64,000 nucleotides of DNA. Origin: Utricularia gibba (lineage: Eukaryota > Plantae > Magnoliophyta). Shown piece by piece: positions 36,271 to 48,949 of this stretch. Under the pieces are notes generated by a model, which searched no databases, was not told where the DNA came from, and saw only the letters and a list, made by a program, of their open reading frames with translations. The stretch lies in NCBI GenBank assembly GCA_002189035.1, contig CM007991.1, positions 5,283,416 to 5,347,415 on the forward strand, in the 5' to 3' direction. How positions within the stretch are numbered: position 1 is the stretch's first letter; every line of letters starts with the position of its first letter. The position numbers and the translations under genes were made by a program.

Positions 36271-39200
36271 TGTTGCGTGTCGTTTCCTCAACAAATTTTA
36301 AATAATTAAAATATAAAACATATTCTCCCACACTTAAATCATGCTTGTCCTCAAGTATGAAAATTATAGCAGTCCACGAAAAAGATTGCTTCTCCACCTT
36401 TTGTCCCAATTTGGAGCCTGAATAATGGGAGTTGAAACAAGCTTCTCTTTCAAAACATCAAAAGCAATCATGCATTTTTTATCAAAATGAAACTCAACAT
36501 CCTTATGCAATAAGGCACATAGAGGAGATGCAATTTTCGAAAAATCTTGAATAAACCTACGATAAAATCCAGCATGTCCAAGGAAAGAACGTACATCTCT
36601 CACACAAGTAGGATAAGGTAATTTTTGGATTACCTCAATTTTGGCCTTGCCAACCTCAATTCCCTTTTGGGAAACAACATGTCCTAAAATGACATTTCTC
36701 ATAATTCAAAACAAGGTTAGTCTCAACACAACGCTTCAGAATCAATGATAAATTAGCAAGGCATTCATCAAAGCTATTTCCATAAACCGTAAAGTCATCC
36801 ATAAATACCTCAATAATATTCTCAACATATTCAGAAAAAATACTAACCATGCATCTTTTAAATGTTGCTGGTGCATTGCAAAGTCCAAAAGGCATTTTAT
36901 GGTAAGCAAAAGTACCAAAGGGGCAAACGAAAACAACCTTAGATTGATCCTCAAGAGTCACGGGTATTTGATAGAAATATCCATATATTTCTAAGGTTGT
37001 TTCCAAGCAGCAATAATGGCTCTTTCCAGCAAGTCTTTCCAACATTTGGTCAATGAATGGAAGTGGGTAGTGGTCTTTCTTTGTGGCAGCGTTCAGTTTT
37101 CGGTAATCTATGCACATTCGTCAGCCATTTTGCACTCTGGTAGGCAGGAGTTCCCCTTGGTCATTGGCCATGACTGTGATACCTGTTTTCTTCGGGACAA
37201 CCTGCACAGGGCTAACCCACTCACTATCAGAAATAGGATAGATTATACCTGCGGCCAATAACTTCAGAATCTCCTTCTTGACCACTTCAATCATAGGTGG
37301 ATTCAATCTCCACCTATGATTGCTGAAATATTTGTAGTCAAGGGAATTACCTCTTCCACTTTTTCCTTCTTCTTGGGGTCACATAAATCCTTCAACATTT
37401 TCGCATATTTCGGCACTTGATCTATCATGTCCAGCAAGGGAATATTCACGTTCACCTTCTTCATCACCTCTATGAATGCTTTCAGTCCACGTTTGTCCTT
37501 GCTCTTCCTTCGATGTCTCATAGGAAAAGGAGGTGGAATGACTAGAGACTTGGGTTGATCAACTTCTTGTAGCTCCTTCTCCTTTACTTCTTTAGGTGGC
37601 GTTGATACAGGAATGTTCTGAGCTGGAGAATCATCAGGATGCTCTAGAATAATCTCCTCATCCACGTCATCATCGTCGTCCAAGACTTCAAGTTCTTTTT
37701 CGTCATATATGTCCACCTTAGTCATGAACCATGGGTAAGGTTCCGGTAGATCCTTCCCACTTCTTAAAGATATGGCGTTGATGTGTTCTAGGTTCTTCAC
37801 TGGTTGGGATGGCAGTGCACCTTGCATCTCCAGTTGGTTCATGGCTTGAACCAGCTGGGTAATCTGAGTTTGCATGCTTGTAATTCGTCCATCCATGTCT
37901 TTTTGAGCGGCATGCATCTAGGTGGTGCTCTCGGCAAGAGACTTCACCATAGACTCCAGATTATAATTTGGCTGATAAGGAACAAGAGGTTGATCTAGAA
38001 CTCCAGTGATTTGCTAAGGTTGAGGCGGAGCAGTGAGAGTCTTCTGAGAAACAGTAGAAGGGTTCCCTAGTGATGGGGCTTGACCAGGAGGCACTGGTTG
38101 TCTCCAGCGGAAACCAGGATGATCTCTTCTCGGCATTTGGTAGTTTCCGTAGTTATAACTTCCTCCTTGGTTCTGGTAGAATGCATTCACCTCTTCTACT
38201 GGCATCTCGTGTATCATAGGTCCTGGATCAGAAAGATGAGAGGTTGAAGATCCTTGATACCTTCCTTGTTGTTAGAGAAGTGATTGGAAGCCAAGCTTCA
38301 AGGTATTACTCATAGCAGCAAGTTGAGCTAAAACTTTGGAATTATCCACTTCGTGCACTGATTTTACAAGCTGAGAATTTCCTCCAGGTGCTCGGTATGA
38401 GTAGTCATAACGACTGGAAGTAGAATAAGAGTTGGCAGTCATTTGTTCTATCAATCTGCGGGCATCAGCACTGTGGCGGTTCTCTAGTAATGACCCATTA
38501 CAAGCGACATTCATTTGTCCTCTGATCATGGGGGTCAGTCCTTCGTAAAAGTGTTGTAAAATTTGACCTTCAGTAAGTCCATGCTGTGGATAAGTATTAT
38601 AGATCCGGTTGAATCTGTCATAATACTCCTGTAAATTCTCGCCTTCACTTTGTAGCATGGTGGCTAAAGCTCTTCTTCTCGCGAAGGCTCTTCCTAGGGG
38701 CGCATATCTATCAAGAAATTTCTGAACCATTTGTTCCCAGGTTGCAATAGAGGATGGTGGTAGGTCATACAGACACTCCAAGGCTCGCTCAGTGAGACTA
38801 AAAGGGAAGACCCGCAGCTTGACTTGGTTCTCCGTAGCACCTTTTGGGCGCATGGATGCACAAGCCGTGTGCAACTCTCTAAGATGACGATTTGGGTCGT
38901 CATTTTCTCTCCCAGCGAACTTAGGTAGTGTCTAGAATAAATATGGTCGAAGCTCAAAGTCCTCTTCCGCGTCAAAGATGATACAAAGTGGTCGGTCAGC
39001 ATGGCTGGCGGTGATTTCTTCTTTGATGGTCCTTAGTGCTGGGCCATGATTAGTGAGCGGTAGAACTGGAAAAAATTGTGGATGTTGTTGCTCCTGTTCT
39101 CCGTGCATTGTTGGGACTCCAATAGGTGGTTGAGCATCCATTTCTTCGTCAGGAGATAGATTTGAAGTCAATTCCTTCCTTTTCGCCAGAAATGTGCGCT

Positions 39201-40190
39201 CAATCTCCAAATCTAAAGGGCACAAGATGTCTCGGTATGATCTTAAGCTTCGGTGTCCTTTTGGTGGAGTTGAATGCATAAAAACAGAGAAAAACAGTAG
39301 CAAAACGGAAATAAAAGAAAAACAAGAAGAAAGAAAGAAAAGGAAAAGAAAAATAAAAACTATACACAACACTAAATACAAAAATACACAACTCCCCGGC
39401 AACGGCGCCAAAAATTTTTTGCGTGTCATTTCCTCAACAAATTTTAAATAATTAAAACGTAAAACACTAGAAAGTGTAGTACGAGTATCGATCTCAGGGA
39501 GTTGTTTTTCGTGGAAAGTGTTTTGTAAAGAACTTCTACAAAATGTCACAGTTTTGTAAAAGAGGGTTTTTAAGATGTAGAAATGAAAGATACAACCTAA
39601 GTGATGGGCCTTGACTACGGTATGCAGTTCCTGGGAATAAGACTCCATCTCCTTCCTTTGTCCGTCCTTGCCTCGATCTTCACTGATTTCTTCCGAATAG
39701 CTTGTTATAGGAGCAAGGAATAGCCTACTCTCCCTTAGACGGGAATAGCCTCATGTGATTCCCCCCTTGGACGATTAGGAAGACAAGAGGATGGCCTTCG
39801 ATTGCCTTCAAAACCAAATTGTGCGTGTAGCTATTGCCAATGGCCAGTGGCAGGTCCGAGGTCACAACCTATCCACTGTCGCGGTACCTAGGCCACAAAC
39901 AATCTGCTACTTCCCTCGAACCGGTAGGGTTGGAGTTGGTGCTCTTCACCTTGATCTTCACCAAAATCCACGAGGAGTGGCCTGCTACTCATGGACCTTG
40001 ACTAAGAGTCGTTACAGAAAGACTGCAACAAGACGCGTGAAAGTATGCGGAATCCGAATTGAATTCAGTGAAGAACCGAGTATATTGCTCAAGACTTGGA
40101 AGGAAACTTCATCTACTTCCCAAAAACTAAAGGTTTTTAGCCCGAAAGGGCCATGGAAACAGAAACGAAAAGAAACTAAGTGTTCTTCCT
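36271..40190 (-). mobile_element. Internally deleted Athila-type retrotransposon (truncated 5' LTR, tRNA-Asp PBS, gag, partial RT/RNase H, no integrase, PPT, 50-bp 3' LTR)
   Basis: PBS TGGCGCCGTTGCCGGGGA at 39410-39393. Gag: DDPNRHLRE...VKLRVFPFSL (38272-39002). RT: CIDYRKLNAATKKDHYPLPFIDQMLERL, MPFGLCNAPATF, VFMDDF. Then RSFLGHAGFYRRFIQDFSKIA...IIQAPNW joined directly to PPT AAGTGTGGGAGAA (36335-36323). Confidence 0.92.
39393..39410 (-). other. Primer-binding site complementary to the 3' end of tRNA-Asp
   Basis: Plus strand TCCCCGGCAACGGCGCCA equals the plant tRNA-Asp(GUC) 3' end including CCA; typical of Athila. Confidence 0.85.
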
Positions 40191-40194
40191 CCTT

Positions 40195-42200
40195 GAGAGG
40201 TGTTTTAGCATTTAGACCTTATGACACTCCACAAATAGGTGTCCAAATTGCTCAATTGATTACTAGTGTTTGTGTTGAATATGGCATTGTTGAATGTGTA
40301 TTTTCTATTACTCTTGATAATGCTTCTAATAATTCAAATGCTATTTAAGCCTTGAAATCCTCTATTAATCCTCCTTTAGGTGGTGTTTTTTTTTTCATTC
40401 AAGATGTGTTTGCCATATTTTGAATTTATGTGTGCAAGATGCTTTACTAATATATGATTTTGCAGATGCTCTTGTTTCATTGCGTAAGTTGGTTAAGTTA
40501 GTCAAGAATTCTAGTCCTAAAAGAGCCATTTTCAAAAATCTTTGTGAGGCTAGAAGCATTGCATATAGAACTTTAAAAAAAGATTGTCCAACTAGATGGA
40601 ATTCTACTCTTCACATACTTAGATATTTGTTTCTATATAGAGTATTATTCCCTTATTTATGAGAATGCATGTTGATCAAAATTGTTCAATTGATTCTGAA
40701 ATATTTTTGAAATTTCAAACTTTGTGTGAAATGCTTGATGTTTTTGAGAAGTATACTACTTTATTTAGTGGTTGTTATTATCCAACAACTGATTTAGTAT
40801 TACCAGCTTTAGTTACTATTTCAAGTACATTTAAAAAATATGCTGAAGTTGAGTTTTTGTCAGAAATTGTTTCAGTGATGGTTGAAAAATTCGTTAAATA
40901 TTTTCTCAATGATCTTATTCTATTTCTTATCTCCAGTATACTTGATCCAAGAGTTTAAGCTACTGGTTTGAAAGTTTATTGTTCTTATATTTGTTCTCTT
41001 AAGTTTCCATCATGTCAACCTAATGCTCAATATATGTATGACACTTCCATCACTACTTTAAATCATTTGTATGACTTATTTGAGGTTGAGAGTGGTTGTG
41101 CTAGATCTGTTTCTGAGGTGGCTGAATTTGGCCAACCTTCAGGAACATATGATTTTTATGTTATGGTTTCAACTTCTCCTAGCAGTTTCACAAAAACTAG
41201 TGAGATTGCTTTGTACAATGCAATGCATCAAATGTAGCATAAAGGAGAAAACTTTGACATTTTGGCTTGGTGGAAGGGTCAATCCTCAGTTTATCCTACT
41301 TTGGCAGTGGTGGCTAGAGCAATTCTCACATCCCATATGTCTACAATTGCATCAGAAAGTGCATTCAGTTTAGGTGGAAGAGTATTGTCACCAAGGCAGC
41401 TCAAATTAGCAGATAAAACATTGGAGGTTTGCATTTGTTTGAAGGATTGGACTGGAGTAGATCATAGAATGCAAAATCTTGTCTTAGATGAAGATAATGA
41501 TGATGACGACAAAGATGATGGTTCTACATCCGAAAAAGAGTAAACTTTTTTTTCGTTGTTAATGTTTTTAATTATTTTTATATCTGAAACTAACAAAAAA
41601 AAAGTTTTTAACTCCACCTATGTTGTTTGAAACTACACAGCCAATTCCAAGCTTGGAAAAGGGAGGAGGGAAAACTTGTATATTTTTGTTGTAGTTTTTG
41701 TGCATATTCATTCATTTTAGTTTTACTTATATTAAAAGACATAATTTATATTATGATTCTTATAGATTTTATTCAAAAAATAGAGTTTTCTACTTATATT
41801 TCATCAAGTGGGTGTACATAAAATATAAAAATTTGTTTCATATTCATAAACAATTGTTTTATGATAATCAAAAGATGTAATTGATGTGATTCGCACCACA
41901 CGTCCTCTAGCTAGTCCCACCCCACCTCTTCTATCCAATCCAACCCTATGACGGGATAATCATTGTGTGTCATGTCAGTCCTCAATTGATCATCATGTTA
42001 GTTCTCCCATTCTCATTGCACCGAGTTTCTCTCCTCTTATTGAGGTGTTTGATTGACGGGTCGCAACTCATCAACCCGTAATTGAATGACCCATGGGTAC
42101 GGGTTGAGTTAAGGGTTGAGACCCATTGACCCGTGACCCAGTACATGACCCGCCTTGGTGAACCCGTGACCCAGCGGTTTATGACCCATGCCCAGGTCTA
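40195..42200 (+). mobile_element. 3' half of a second, Ac/RICESLEEPER-type hAT transposon (pseudogene) with right TIR
   Basis: Motifs VFSITLDNASNN, (RC)FAHILNLCVQD, DCPTRWNSTL, ILDPR and the dimerisation domain LAWWKG...YPTLAVVARAILTSHMSTIASESAFSLGGRVL; several stops and frameshifts. Subterminal GACCC/GGGTC repeats at 42050-42190 and end ...GACCCATGCCCAGGTCTA (reverse complement TAGACCTGGGCATGGG). Confidence 0.88.
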
Positions 42201-45200
42201 ATTGTTGCTAAGAAATGAATTGTTCTTGTATTTGGTATTGTGTGTTTTATCTTTTTATTTTTATTTTTTTTCATTCTTTTCTTTCTCTTTCTTCTTATTC
42301 TTTTTTCCTTTTCCTTGTTTCTTTTTCTATTTTTCTACTTTCTTTCTTTTTTATGGAATTAATTGCATCAAGGGTTCCCTCGAGTTTGAGATCTTACATG
42401 TAGATTTTATTTCTTTGAATCAATGGTCTGAATAAATTTTATTTTCTAAGAAGATGGAGTAGGCTTCCTATTCATCTACCAATGATGAAATGGTAGCAAT
42501 GTACCTGTCAGAGTCCCTTTAGTGCTTAAGAAACAAGGAGAAGAACACCTAGGAAATCTCCTGGTATTACTACTCATTAACCATTTTTTGGCTCTTCAAA
42601 ATTTTAAAGAAGGAATTACTACGAACCATTTTGATCATTCCTTGTGTATCATTTTTAATGGAGAAGAAGGCTATTAGCTATGTCTATACTTGTTCCAGAC
42701 TACTAGAAAAAACAATGATGACCCCAAATGTCACCTATGAGAATTGCACATGGCTTGTAAATTTATGCACTCAAAAGGAGCAACAAACAATGAAATCAAG
42801 AGTTTTCCCTTTTAGCTACATTGAGAGAAATTTGGAGTGACTTTATGAATTGTCACCCTCTTCTATTGCTACATGGAAGCAAATGATCCAAACATTCTTG
42901 AAGTTCAATTTTAGCTTCAACTGAAAGGAGAGCTTTGGCAAAAATTACGAAAAGTGAAGGAGAGAATTTCAAAGAGTATCATGAGCATCTTAGTCGAATC
43001 TATAACACTATCCACTACAAGGACTCACTTCAGGTCAGACTCTGTAGCACTTATATGAAGGATTGACACTTATGATTTGAGGAAAAATGAAGATTGTCTC
43101 CCATTAGGCAATGCAAGGGTAAGGGCAATGATGGAAGAGGGAGCTCAACAAGGTAGCTGATGTGGGGGCACATACCTTGTTTGGCTATAGAGACTCTTGT
43201 CATCTTGAACTTTAAATCCTCTATAGAGCACTAGGTGATGATTGCCTGAAGCCTTTTTTATATCCCTCGCCTATCGAGCTCTATCCTCAACAAATGAAAT
43301 GAGGCACCATCCTCCTCAGGTTGAAAGGGTTTATGTTCCTTCCCCATAAAAATACACATGAAAATGAGGCTTGCTTGAGTCTTTGGCAAATCTATGAGAA
43401 AGTTTTGCCTAGGTCGCAAGGACCTAGGAATTTCCTAAGAATCATCACTTGCTCCTTCAATGTAAGTAAGATTTCTTGTGCCAGATTGTTAAAGTGCCTA
43501 GGCATCCTCTTAGACACTACCTCTTTAATATATTCCAAGACCTTATTGAAAGGCATCTATGGTTTGTTAAGGGTAGACTCTCCATGCAATATTTTCACAT
43601 GATGAGTATGACAAGGAAGCCTCTTGATCCTTAATGGTTGAGTGCTTCTTGTGCTTATTGATGTCTTCTAGTTCAGCCCCCATTTTGTTGGCTCTGATGA
43701 TGGTAGGATCTTCTAAGTGCTCGTAGATTCTCCACTTGACCATTAGTGAATGGAGGATGATTACTTGTCATAGGAGTAAGTCTCAAAGCTCATACTCTCA
43801 TATTAAGAGTAGTAAGTAAGATCCCAACTCACTTATGAATCTATAGAAGTGATATGCTATGAGATCTGAACTTGGCTAGTATATGCCAACTATTTCTCTA
43901 TCTCCTTCCACATATTTTGTATGTAGTCCTAGATACTCATCCACCAGATCCAGAAATACCTCTATTATATCCTTCATTATCTATAAGAAAATGATCATCT
44001 AGGTTATAGAAATGTGTCACTTGCAAAATTTTTTGAAGGATGAGTAATAGGAGTGTGGTCATCCGACCCATCCCATGGTTGCTTCTCCACTACCTCTCTT
44101 TCTTTTAAGGCAACCATTTTGCTCATGTGTCCCTCTTGAGATCTTACACTTGAATTAATGTCAATGCTTCTCTATTCCATCAGCAACAAAACCATTTGTA
44201 ACTCACTAAGGAGAACTGAATTATGGACAAATTAGATTCCATAAAAGGCACCAAATGTTATTGGGTTTAAGAAATTTTTCATGTCTTTGATGATGACTCT
44301 TTAACATTGAATTACTTAATAGTAGATTTGTGAAATGCATATAAGAGGTAACGAATGATCACCAAAACGTAGAAAAACTAGAGGTGCTTACACACTATCA
44401 GAAAGAGTTTTAATACAAACTTGAAGAAAACATTAACAAGATTCACCTAGAAAGTTACAAGATATCTAGACAAATTGTTTCACCTTCTTTTGTAGCTCTC
44501 TTTTTCCAAAAAGTTGATCCTTGTTTTCTTACTCTTCCTTGCTTATATAAAAGTAGTGACAAAAACATGACTTCTCATTTTGGCAGCCTACTCTTACAAA
44601 ATCTTCTATTGTGGTGGAATATTCCCTCATTTTGAGGACCATTGCTTTTTGGGTCAAAATGCACCAGTTTGACTTCTTAGGTAGTATACACATTGTTGAA
44701 CTCTTCATAGAAGTGATGTGTGTGCTATTGGGTTTCGGGAAGTCTTTATTATGTAGTTCTTGTATATCCCTACCACGTGTACTTTGGTTAATTGTCACCT
44801 TATCAATCAGGCATTTTCTTAGGTCTCTTAGGTGAGACAATCTCATCCACATAGTATCTTCTCTCAATCCTTCAAAAAGGATGACAATAATCTTTTCCAC
44901 AAAATGAGCATAATCAGCCATTGTTTGAAAAGTTTAGATATAAAAACTAGTTGAAATAGGAAAAACCCATCTTTCGAGAAATTCTACTACACGTATATAA
45001 GGAAGGAAAAGGTGAGAGAACAAACTTATGGCCATTTTCCTAAGAGAGAAGGGAGAGTTTGATACAAATTTCCAGGTTTTCTTCATGTTAAGTTGTTTCA
45101 AGAACATATAAGGTTCTTTCTTTTTAGTAGAAAGCCATCTCTCCTAGTGCACAAGCATGTTTGGTCTTCATTGTTTTCCATTTACCACCTCTTGTCTTTT

Positions 45201-48200
45201 ATCTTCTTGCTTTCCATACTTTTTGACACTGATGATATTATGAAAAACTTTCCTAATATGGAAAGTAAAAACCTTAGATCTGTAACATTTGTTGTATGTG
45301 TTGGAGCTTACTATTCCTCTAATGAGTTCCCTTGTGGAGCAAAAAGATGTGACCCAATTTCTTTTTGACGAGTTTGTTATTAATGCACATGTTGGATTGT
45401 TCAAGCATTGGGCTGCAAGAAGAATGCCTTAGCAAGGTTCTTTCCTTTAAAAAGGTGAAGTTGTTGATCAACAAGCATCATCAATCTGAAGATTGCACCC
45501 CTATTACTCATGTCTTAGGGGTTGTTATAATAAACCATCCCCCTTAAGGTAGTGCATTGTTTTCTTATAGAAAATGAAAGCCATTATGGAAGCATTCCTA
45601 GGCCTCTCAAAGGAGTACTTCAAACTAAATGTAATGCACTTGGGAGGAGCCAAACAAGAGCTAAGATCAAACGAGGTTATTATGTAACTCACAAGGACCT
45701 AGAACTCAGTAATGAGGCCTGGATCTAAAGGGATCTTTCACTTATAGAACCAAATGTAAGCTAAGATCCAACATACTACTCATACAATGAGGAGGTAGAC
45801 TTGGAGATTCATTTCCAGGGGCAATGACTTGTTGCTCACACATTGATGCTCACTTGATGTATTTATGAGATGTTGGAAGACTCTCATGCCAAGTGGGTGA
45901 TGATCGTTGGAACTTGTTGCTACATATCGCGGTCTAGCATGTTGAACACATCAAAAGAAATTTATAATCCGAGCTATTCTACTACATAAATCATAGAAAT
46001 TAATGCAGTGTTGCAAGCAAAGATCGAATCCTCAAAGAATGGTTGCAATTTCTTAAAATCCTTTACATTTATTGAAAACAGGGGAGGTTTCTAGGAGTCG
46101 AGGTCTTATATGCATAGGACATAAAATAACAGCAATTAAAAGGAACAAGTTGCAGGGGTGAAGAAGTAGAGAAAATAATGGGAATGCATAGAAAATATAA
46201 AGCGGATGTGATTTGATTGGGTTTTACGTCAGGATCTATCTCTTGTGTCACTTAAGAGGGTCCTTAGGTTGAAACCCAGCTTAATCACACTAAAAAACAG
46301 AGTAAAGTGTTGTGCGAACAGTAGATGCCATATTAAACTTAAAGTAAAAGATGAAGAACTCAAATAGAAAAACGTTAATAGGCTTGAATAACATCTACAG
46401 GCAGTTTATCATCCACAACTATGCACTAGAAATGCAAAGGAAGCATAAAAAATATAGAAAACACAAATACATGTTCAAACTAAGTGATAGAAAAGTAGGA
46501 AAGCTAAAATAAAGTTTTAGGCAAACTCTGTGAGGTGTAGATCTGTTGAATTTGAAGATTTCAAATGAGACTATGATTTGGAAGTGTAGATATGGAAGTT
46601 GGTCAAAGACGTTCGTGGAGAACCACCATTCTCCTCGCTCATGCTCCTCACTGTCTTCTTTATTCTCTCTCCTCCTTCATCTTTTCTTTTTCTGCTCAAA
46701 GGAAGGGCATCTTAATCTTTTTATTGGATTTCTAGAAGAAAGATCTTTGCTCGAGATCTTATCTTTTCAAAGGGTGGTTACTTCCTGTTAAAAGCCACTT
46801 TTCCACAACTTTTCAATTCATTTTGACTTGTCAATGCGGAAAGTACACTACCAATATTTATCCTATAGAACACATCTAAAAACACATACGAAAACACAAT
46901 AAAAACATTGTTATCAATGAGCAAGATAGTTGGTGTCCATATTGTAGGCCATCAAGAAGAAACATTAATTTATGAATATGGAGGAAAAAAAAGCCCTCAA
47001 AAACTACTTCACATATTACGATAATGCTCATTGAGCATGTATGCCTACAACCTCTTCTCTTAACATGTGTGATTTTGATTTTGAACGAACTAGGGGCTCT
47101 CAAGTTCAATGGTGAGGGTGAGTCTTACCAACATCTAAGCCTTCTTTACATCCAAATGAGCATGGAACCAGCAATCAATTGGATGAGGTTTTGATTATAA
47201 CTATCCATACTAGAAGCAGCAGCACGATATCAATACCCAACTATTCCCCCAAGCACCATTGATTCCTTCATTGACTTTTTCTTCTTTCTCAATCTTGTAT
47301 ATGATGAACATGCACATTTTGAGACAAAAGATAGAAGTACAAACTTCTGATGAAATCAAAGCATTTGAAGGGTAGAAGACTTCTTGAGTTCTCAAGAAGA
47401 GCACACTTCAGAGGCAAAAACTTTTGTATGTTTAACTGGATCACAACTCATAACACTAATGAATGTATCTTGTTATTCATTAATTTAGAGCTAAGACTAT
47501 TCACAACCTTCAAAATGAATAAGTAACCTCAAGAAGGCTAGGGAATGGCTTGGCCCTATGACAAGGGCTGCCTAATTGGGTGAACTAGAGGATAAGGGGA
47601 AAACCAAGAGGAATGAATCTCCACAAATTGCACCTCAAAAATCTGGTAATGAGGGTAAATGAGGATTGTTTGTGCATGTCTATTTAACTCTAATATTTTA
47701 AGGTTGTGACCACCAGCATATTGGGATATTACCATTTCTTTTCGAAAGGCCATCCCTTCCATATGTCTTTATGCATTGAAAATTATTTCACATATAATGA
47801 GCTCTACATAGTAACCCTCTCGGGAAACAAGGCACTTCATAAAAACCCTCACTCATTCATGTTATACTCGTGATACTTATCCTCAATAGAGCTTTGCAAA
47901 TCAACTAGCTAAGACAATAGGGCTCTTCCAAGGAACCTTTTTTTGGAATTGGTTTTTGCACAGCAATCCTTGCTAGTTTACATATCACTTGCTATTCTCA
48001 TATTTAGAATGACTCTGTATAACAACCCTCTTGAATAAATGAGGCTTTACACAACAACACTCTGGGATAATAGGGCTCTACTCAAAAACCCTATTGAGCA
48101 ATTGGGCTTTGTTTGAAGAATGTGATCAGGCAACCATAGTGAGAAATGAGAGTTTGAAGATTACGATATTAATGATTTAAATTTTGACTTATTTCACATG

Positions 48201-48900
48201 TCTTCCACACACCCAATAAGGCATCCATCAAGTTCATTATTGATAGTGGAATCCTTCACTTTGCATTACTCATCCCCTAATCAAGTTACCATGCTATAGG
48301 TTTTCACTTAAAAAGATGGAGGTTATCAAGAAAACATAAAAAGTGTCCTCAATGTGAGATACATTTGAGAGGTTCATAACTCAAAATAGGCCATCATCCT
48401 TATGGTATGTAGACATTCTGTATTGATTTCACATTTTTGAACAAAACTTGTGATCCATATTGCCGCTACCTAAGTGTAACTTGAATGTATCCTAATCACA
48501 AATAATTTACTATCTCCACTGAATCAAAGGGGTAGGCGATGTAACATGAAAATCTATGAGTAGTGGCATGCTACTCATTAACCATGACTTACGAGCCTTA
48601 TAGAAAAATGTAACATATATATACAAAAATATGTGAAATCCAATTAATTACCAAGATTTTCTACTCATGACATAAAAGAAAACTTCATCAAATCCCATAA
48701 ATTAAATTGCCTAGTCATGAATTGCATGACAATACAGAAATGAAAATAGAGAAAACAAGTTTTTCATCTTCTTGTAGAGATGGAAAGGAAGAACAAAAAG
48801 CTAGTTAGAAAAGTAGAAAAGTCTCATCCGTAACTCTTGTGGAAGTGCTTTTCATTCCATTGCTAATAACACAAAAATTTTCATGTTTTCATGCATGGAT
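42201..48900. mobile_element. Nested, highly degenerate Athila-type fragments (plus-strand PBS-region/gag, minus-strand extra-ORF and 3' non-coding regions)
   Basis: 42690-42905 (+) reads NDDPKCHL*ELHMACKFMHSKGATNNEIK..VFPFS...SSIATWKQMIQTF, the same family as the gag at 38272-39002. 44000-44900 and 45550-45780 (-) resemble the Athila extra ORF. Degenerate tandem repeats at ~47760-48120. Confidence 0.6.
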
Positions 48901-48949
48901 TGGAACAGTGACCTAGAAGTGTTTAAGTTTCTTTTAAACATGATTAATT

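Noticed and set aside
46073-46921. Candidate LTR (TGATAAC... on minus) followed by ATGAG, the same 5-mer as the hAT target site at 36266-36270
   Set aside because: The downstream sequence does not resume the hAT transposase, the LTR does not match the 36271/39416 LTR end, and there is no matching TSD; treated as coincidence.
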